Origin: Candidatus Latescibacterota bacterium
Lineage (GTDB): Bacteria > Latescibacterota > UBA2968
Assembly: GCA_038279365.1 (NCBI GenBank)
Contig: JAYODI010000093.1
Span: 1-21,824, forward strand
DNA: 21,824 nucleotides
Direction of reading: 5' to 3'
A program made the translations under genes and the position numbers. The notes under the pieces were generated by a model. The model saw only the letters and a list, made by a program, of their open reading frames with translations, was not told where the DNA came from and did not search any database. Shown here in pieces: positions 17,053 through 21,824 of the stretch (position 1 is the stretch's first letter; every line of letters begins with the position of its first letter).

Positions 17053-18855
17053 ATGTCTGTTGTAACCATTGAAGCGCAGGGGCGCATGACACCACCTGAT
17101 TGGGCCATTAAACAACGCCACTTGATTCATTTGATGAACCGAGGAGCGCGTTCTTTTGTGAAGAAGTATACACGACCAGATGGCACACTGATTTGGCGGG
17201 ATGAATGGCCGGGGATGGATGGGTCGGATGATGGTTATGAGAGCTTTTTGTCGTTTCCGTTGTTTTACATTTTGGGTGGTGATGAATATGTGCATCACCA
17301 AGGACGCAAAGCGTTTAATGCGGTCACGTGGCAGTTTACCCAATATGGTCAGGTGCATCGCGAGTTTGATGCCTATTATGACTGGATGCATCACGGTGAG
17401 GCCTATACATATTTGTATTATTTGGCGATGTCTGATCCCAATCACTTTATGGACAAACAGCGGTCATTGAATTTTGCGGCGATGTATAATGGTGAAGATC
17501 CCGAAGCACCCAACTGGGATCCTGAGTTGAAGATGATTCGCTCTCCTATTAATGGGAGCAAAGGCCCACAGTTTCATATGTCGGCAGAAGATTGGGAGAC
17601 TCACCGCTGGGTGTTGGCCAATTATTTGTCGCCTTATGAAGATGTGCCAGGTTTTGATGCGTCTGATCCGATGTGTAAGCTCGATTGGCAAGACGATGCT
17701 GTGTTTGCCGAAATTTTAAAGCGCATGAATGAACGTATGGTGCCTGGTGATGTGCCCCTCAATTTGGTGGCCACGAGTTTGATTACGAGCGCATTTTTGT
17801 ATACAGGCGAGGAAAAGTATCGGCAATGGGTGGTGGATTATTTGCAGATGTGGATGGATAAGACGGAAGAGAATGGCGGTATTTTACCTGATAATATTGG
17901 GCCATCGGGTAAAATTGGTGAGCGGATGGATGGAAAGTGGTGGGGTGGGTATTATGGTTGGCGTTGGCCACACGGTGCGCGAAAACTGCTTGAGACAACC
18001 TTGATAGCAGGGAGCAATGCGGTGTTGCTTACAGGGGATATGAAGTGGTTGGATTTGCATCGCAATCTGGCCGATAAGTTGTGGGAAATGCGCAAAGAAG
18101 AAGATGGCAAAGTTGTGGTACCCAACCGACATGGTGATGCCGGATGGTTTCATTATGTGCCACCCGATCCCCAATATTATGTTCACCTCTATCACATTAG
18201 CCGCAGTGATGAAGACTTAAAGCGGTTGGAGGAGCGATTGCCTGGGTGGGAAAAATGGCGCAGTGTGCCTTCATTTAGCAAAGCGGGCTATCATCCACCA
18301 TTGGCATGGCATGCGTATCATCAGGGGCAAAACGAAGGCTTTGTGGAAACGGCTTTGGATGCAACGTATCAGGGTATTTCTGATCGGTTGGATAAAATTG
18401 ATCATGATGATGACGATGTGGATTCGTGGGATGTACACCATTGGCAAAATTTGAATCCAGTCATCCCAGAAGGGATCATTCAAATTGCAATGGGCACACC
18501 AGCGGCAGTGTATCATGGTGGGCATTTGCATGCGACGGTGCGCTATTTTGATGCCGATAAACGGCGGCCGGGTTTGCCTGCATTTGTTTCGGCATGTGTG
18601 ACGCAGGTAACAGGTGATTCGGTTTCTGTTCATTTGGTAAATACAGATGCCCTACATGGAAAACATGTTTTGATTCAGTCGGGTGGTTTTGCCGAACATA
18701 CTTTTACCGATGTTGTTGTAGGCGATACACGTCAAGAGGTGAATGATACGGTTTTGAAAGTGGTTTTGAAACCGGGTGCTGAGGTGAAGTTGACATTGGG
18801 ATTGAAGCGATATGTGAACACGCCAACATATAATATGCCATCTTTTGAACGATAA
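17053..18855 (+). CDS. Hypothetical protein, 600 aa, Trp/Tyr/His/Asp-rich
   Basis: Long ORF with host-like codon pattern; GGAGG precedes the ATG at 17053; motifs WPGMDGSDDGYESF, YYDWMHHGE, WWGGYYGWRWPHG. No family recognised. Confidence 0.8.
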   Translation: MSVVTIEAQGRMTPPDWAIKQRHLIHLMNRGARSFVKKYTRPDGTLIWRDEWPGMDGSDDGYESFLSFPLFYILGGDEYVHHQGRKAFNAVTWQFTQYGQVHREFDAYYDWMHHGEAYTYLYYLAMSDPNHFMDKQRSLNFAAMYNGEDPEAPNWDPELKMIRSPINGSKGPQFHMSAEDWETHRWVLANYLSPYEDVPGFDASDPMCKLDWQDDAVFAEILKRMNERMVPGDVPLNLVATSLITSAFLYTGEEKYRQWVVDYLQMWMDKTEENGGILPDNIGPSGKIGERMDGKWWGGYYGWRWPHGARKLLETTLIAGSNAVLLTGDMKWLDLHRNLADKLWEMRKEEDGKVVVPNRHGDAGWFHYVPPDPQYYVHLYHISRSDEDLKRLEERLPGWEKWRSVPSFSKAGYHPPLAWHAYHQGQNEGFVETALDATYQGISDRLDKIDHDDDDVDSWDVHHWQNLNPVIPEGIIQIAMGTPAAVYHGGHLHATVRYFDADKRRPGLPAFVSACVTQVTGDSVSVHLVNTDALHGKHVLIQSGGFAEHTFTDVVVGDTRQEVNDTVLKVVLKPGAEVKLTLGLKRYVNTPTYNMPSFER

Positions 18856-19003
18856 TTTTTTCGGATGATGATCTCCTAAGGCGTTTGTTTAAGAGAACGT
18901 TTTCTTGAAAGCTTCTTGCGTTTTGGATCTGCAATGTTGGTACCCGATTATGATGTTTGAATCTCAATTTGAACCCCATTTCATCTTGTGAAGGATGGTA
19001 TTT

Positions 19004-20440
19004 ATGTCTGCGCCGAATATTCTCTTTATTACAACTGATCATTTGCGACATGATACATTGGGATATGCGGGTGATGTGGTGATTCAGACGCCCGCGATTG
19101 ACAAGTTGGCGTCTGAGAGTGTGCGGATGAACAATTGCTTTGTGCAAAATCCTGTTTGTGCACCATCTCGGGCAACGTTTATGACGGGGCGTTATCCCAA
19201 AAATCATGGGGTGCGTTGGAATGGGTCAAGGCTCAATGAAAATGAAGTGACAATGGTTGAACATTTTAAAAAACATGGATACCAAACAGCTTGTGTGGGG
19301 AAACATCATATTGGTCAGGAAAAATTTCGAAAGCATTTAGATCATGTCCATGCATCGGGTATTCGACGTGGGTGGCGTGAACGGGCAGATGGGGATTATA
19401 CAGTACACGACCCGAATGAATTTGAGCAATATGTGCGTGATCGGGGTTATGAATATAAAACGGGATATGCGTTGCCAAATTTTCAGGCGCGTTTAGGAGC
19501 TGTGCCATCTGATTTACCTGAGGATTGCCATATTGATGCGTATGTGGGGATGAAGAGCATTGAATATTTGGATAATGTTGATGGCGATGAACCGTTCTTT
19601 TTGTGGGCGGGCTTTTATGGCCCCCATCACCCGTATGTGCCTTCGGGGCGTTTTGCGACAATGTATGACGCCGATCAATTGCCACCGTTTCAAAAGTCTG
19701 ATGATGACTTAGAGAAGAAACCGGTTGAATACAGCCTTTATTTTCAAGCAGAAGATCACAAGTTTCATGGGTTTTCTGAGGCTTCGGATGAGACATTTCG
19801 AAATATGAAAGCGGCGTATTATGGAATGGTATCTCAGATAGATTGGCAAGTGGGCTTGCTTTTGGAGACGCTTGAGAAAAAAGGATTGGCGGAAAATACG
19901 ATTGTGGTGTTTATGTCGGATCATGGTGAGTTTTTGGGTGATCATGGCATTCCGGCTAAAGCGCCTTTTTTGTTGGATTGTATGTTGCATGTACCGTGTT
20001 TGATGAAGGTGCCTGGGCAAGTGGCGATGGATTGTGATGCGTTGGTTGAGTCGATTGATTTGTTTCCGACGTTGTCAAAGTTGGCGGGTATTGAGATGCC
20101 AGACTGTGTGCAGGGTCGTGATTTAAAACCTGTTTGGGATGGTGATGGTGGTCGCGATTGTGTGTTTGCCGAGGCAGTGGATAAACGGTGCATTCGTACG
20201 CGTGAATGGAAGTATATCCATTACCCAGGCAAGACATATGGCGAATTATACAATGTCATAGATGACCCTCATGAGTTGAACAATGTGTATGATGATGAAG
20301 TTGGGGTGCGCAACGAGATGAAGGAAAAATTTTATATTATGATGGATGAAACGGAAGATTTTAAACATCCACGTTATCAACGGTATTCTGATAAAAATCC
20401 TAAAACGGGAGAGGAAGTTACACACTACTTAACATGGTGA
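19004..20440 (+). CDS. Formylglycine-dependent sulfatase (choline-sulfatase/arylsulfatase-like, Cys type)
   Basis: PNILFITTDH, CAPSRATFMTGRY (CxPxR), GKHH, PHHPY, AYYGMVSQID, SDHGEFLGDHG, ELYNVIDDPHELNN. Start 19004 or 18995; no signal peptide seen. Confidence 0.93.
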   Translation: MSAPNILFITTDHLRHDTLGYAGDVVIQTPAIDKLASESVRMNNCFVQNPVCAPSRATFMTGRYPKNHGVRWNGSRLNENEVTMVEHFKKHGYQTACVGKHHIGQEKFRKHLDHVHASGIRRGWRERADGDYTVHDPNEFEQYVRDRGYEYKTGYALPNFQARLGAVPSDLPEDCHIDAYVGMKSIEYLDNVDGDEPFFLWAGFYGPHHPYVPSGRFATMYDADQLPPFQKSDDDLEKKPVEYSLYFQAEDHKFHGFSEASDETFRNMKAAYYGMVSQIDWQVGLLLETLEKKGLAENTIVVFMSDHGEFLGDHGIPAKAPFLLDCMLHVPCLMKVPGQVAMDCDALVESIDLFPTLSKLAGIEMPDCVQGRDLKPVWDGDGGRDCVFAEAVDKRCIRTREWKYIHYPGKTYGELYNVIDDPHELNNVYDDEVGVRNEMKEKFYIMMDETEDFKHPRYQRYSDKNPKTGEEVTHYLTW

Positions 20441-21156
20441 CGCTCTCTGATTGGTTTTTGATTGGTGCGGCATTTTTTACGTCGATGACGGCTGCCATTG
20501 GTGGTATTGGCGGTGGTGTGATGCTGATTGCCATTATGCCTGGGCTTCTTCCTGCCGCTGCCATTATTCCGATACACGGTGTGGTGCAAATTTCGAGTAA
20601 TATTAGCCGCGTGCTGTTGGGTATTCGGCATATTGAATGGCGGTTGGTGTGGCACTATGTTGTGGGTGCGGGTGTGGGAATTCTTATTGGTGCGCAGTGG
20701 ATATCGGATATAAAGTGGGATATGATGCCTTTGTTTTTGGGCATTTTTATTTTGATTACAACATGGATGCCGAAACCTTCGGGGAAAGCGCGGTTTCCGG
20801 CTAAGTTTGTGGTTTTGGGTGCATTTCAAACGGCACTGTCACTTTTTGTGGGGGTTTCAGGGCCGCTGAATATGCCCTTTTTGTTGCGTGAAAACTTGGG
20901 GCGCGATCGTACGGTCATTACGCATGGCACACAGATGACGGTGATGCATACGCTGAAGGTGATTTTGTTTGGTGTGTTGGGTTTTGCTTTTGGGCCTTAT
21001 TTGTTGTTGATGGGCGGGATGATTGTGGCCGCTTCGTTGGGATCTTATGCGGGCACAAAAGTGCGTGGGCATGTGCCTGAAGATGTGTTTAAGAAGGCGG
21101 TAAAGATTTTGATTTCGGTGCTTGCGGTGCGGATGATTATAAGGGTGTTGATGTAG
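20434..21156 (+). CDS. Sulfite exporter TauE/SafE family membrane protein
   Basis: GIGGGVMLIAIM, PIHGVVQISSN, GVSGPL, GSYAGTKVRGHVPEDVFKK; about 8 TM segments; overlaps the sulfatase end. Confidence 0.88.
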   Translation: MVTLSDWFLIGAAFFTSMTAAIGGIGGGVMLIAIMPGLLPAAAIIPIHGVVQISSNISRVLLGIRHIEWRLVWHYVVGAGVGILIGAQWISDIKWDMMPLFLGIFILITTWMPKPSGKARFPAKFVVLGAFQTALSLFVGVSGPLNMPFLLRENLGRDRTVITHGTQMTVMHTLKVILFGVLGFAFGPYLLLMGGMIVAASLGSYAGTKVRGHVPEDVFKKAVKILISVLAVRMIIRVLM

Positions 21157-21164
21157 GGCAGAGT

Positions 21165-21204
21165 GAGTCAGCGAATAGACGAATCAATGAATCAGCGAAT
21201 GAAC
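21165..21204 (+). repeat. Degenerate octamer tandem array (GAATCAGC-type), 5 copies
   Basis: GAGTCAGC GAATAGAC GAATCAAT GAATCAGC GAATGAAC, beginning 8 nt after the tauE-like stop. Confidence 0.7.
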
Positions 21205-21285
21205 GCGTCGAGGCGTTGCAGCAGGCTTAACAAGCGTAGCGAGTCATTGGTGAATTGAGTGGTTATTTCTAATTGAGAGGTTGTG

Positions 21286-21759
21286 ATGGCCGATTTGTCA
21301 CAAATTAAGAACTTTTTACAGGTGGATGATTATTGTGCCACAGCGGGTCAACCTACGGTTGAACAATTTGCCGATATTGGTGCAGCGGGATATGAGACGG
21401 TTATTTATTTGGGAACGCCCGATTCTGAGACGGCTTTGCCCAATGAGGGTGAATTGGTGACCAAACAAGGGATGCGCTATGTGCATATTCCTGTGGTTTG
21501 GACAGCGCCTAAAAAGTCAGATTTTGAATTGTTTGTGGCCATTATGAACGCCCATCCCAATCGTAAAGTATTGACACATTGTGTGGTGAATATGCGGGCT
21601 TCGGCATTTATGTTTCTGTATCGCATCCTTTATCAGGGCGTTGATCCTTCTGAAGCCAAACGGTTGATGCAGGAGATATGGGATCCGAATGCGGTTTGGG
21701 AGCAGTTTATAGATGAGGTGTTGCAAGAACAGGGTGTGGATTATTTTGATATAGATTAG
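21286..21759 (+). CDS. DUF442 / protein-tyrosine-phosphatase-like protein (putative sulfurtransferase or phosphatase)
   Basis: TAGQPT..QF..I..AGYETVIYL, GMRYVHIPV.W..P, VLTHCVVNMRAS (Cx4R loop). GAGAGG RBS. Confidence 0.8.
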   Translation: MADLSQIKNFLQVDDYCATAGQPTVEQFADIGAAGYETVIYLGTPDSETALPNEGELVTKQGMRYVHIPVVWTAPKKSDFELFVAIMNAHPNRKVLTHCVVNMRASAFMFLYRILYQGVDPSEAKRLMQEIWDPNAVWEQFIDEVLQEQGVDYFDID

Positions 21760-21767
21760 GGGCTGTG

Positions 21768-21824
21768 AAACGGCAAACGGCAGACGGCAAACGGCAAATG
21801 GCAAACGGCAGACGGCAAACGGCA
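21768..21824 (+). repeat. Heptamer tandem array A(A/G)A(C/T)GGC, 8 copies, runs to the window edge
   Basis: AAACGGC AAACGGC AGACGGC AAACGGC AAATGGC AAACGGC AGACGGC AAACGGC, beginning 8 nt after the DUF442 stop. Confidence 0.93.

Noticed and set aside
21517..21804. Minus-strand ORF starting MPFAVCRLPFAV
   Set aside because: Translation of the heptamer repeat plus antisense of the DUF442 gene.
21768..21824. Telomere-like terminal repeat of a linear replicon
   Set aside because: Gene content is ordinary chromosomal, the two ends carry different units, and similar arrays occur internally; an assembly break is simpler.
1..21824. Prophage, IS element or recognised anti-phage system
   Set aside because: No structural, integrase, transposase, reverse transcriptase or known defence genes recognised apart from TA modules.

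Overview
Bacterial chromosomal segment, possibly a whole contig because both ends run into short tandem repeats. It holds about 22 credible CDS and no recognisable rRNA, tRNA, CRISPR array, integrase or transposase. Left part, minus strand: higB-higA toxin-antitoxin pair followed by an MFS transporter and an EEP-family phosphoesterase. Divergent from these is a lone AcrB-family RND permease. The rest is mostly plus-strand catabolic genes: two PhyH-type and one JmjC/cupin-type Fe(II)/2OG oxygenases, a ketose 3-epimerase / Gfo-Idh-MocA / MFS / PhnZ-like HD-oxygenase operon, a second Gfo/Idh/MocA, a cyclophilin, a metallophosphoesterase, a 600-aa unknown protein, and a sulfatase-TauE-DUF442 sulfur module. 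Small TA-type genes sit between them (DUF4160/DUF2442 pair, an orphan antitoxin-like ORF, a possible DUF86 scar). The main unexplained signals are a set of possibly related 7/8/24-bp intergenic repeat arrays (one forming an inverted pair), a PhnZ-like oxygenase in a sugar/cyclitol-type operon, and a strong G+T strand bias. All family calls come from motif recognition by eye; no database search was run.
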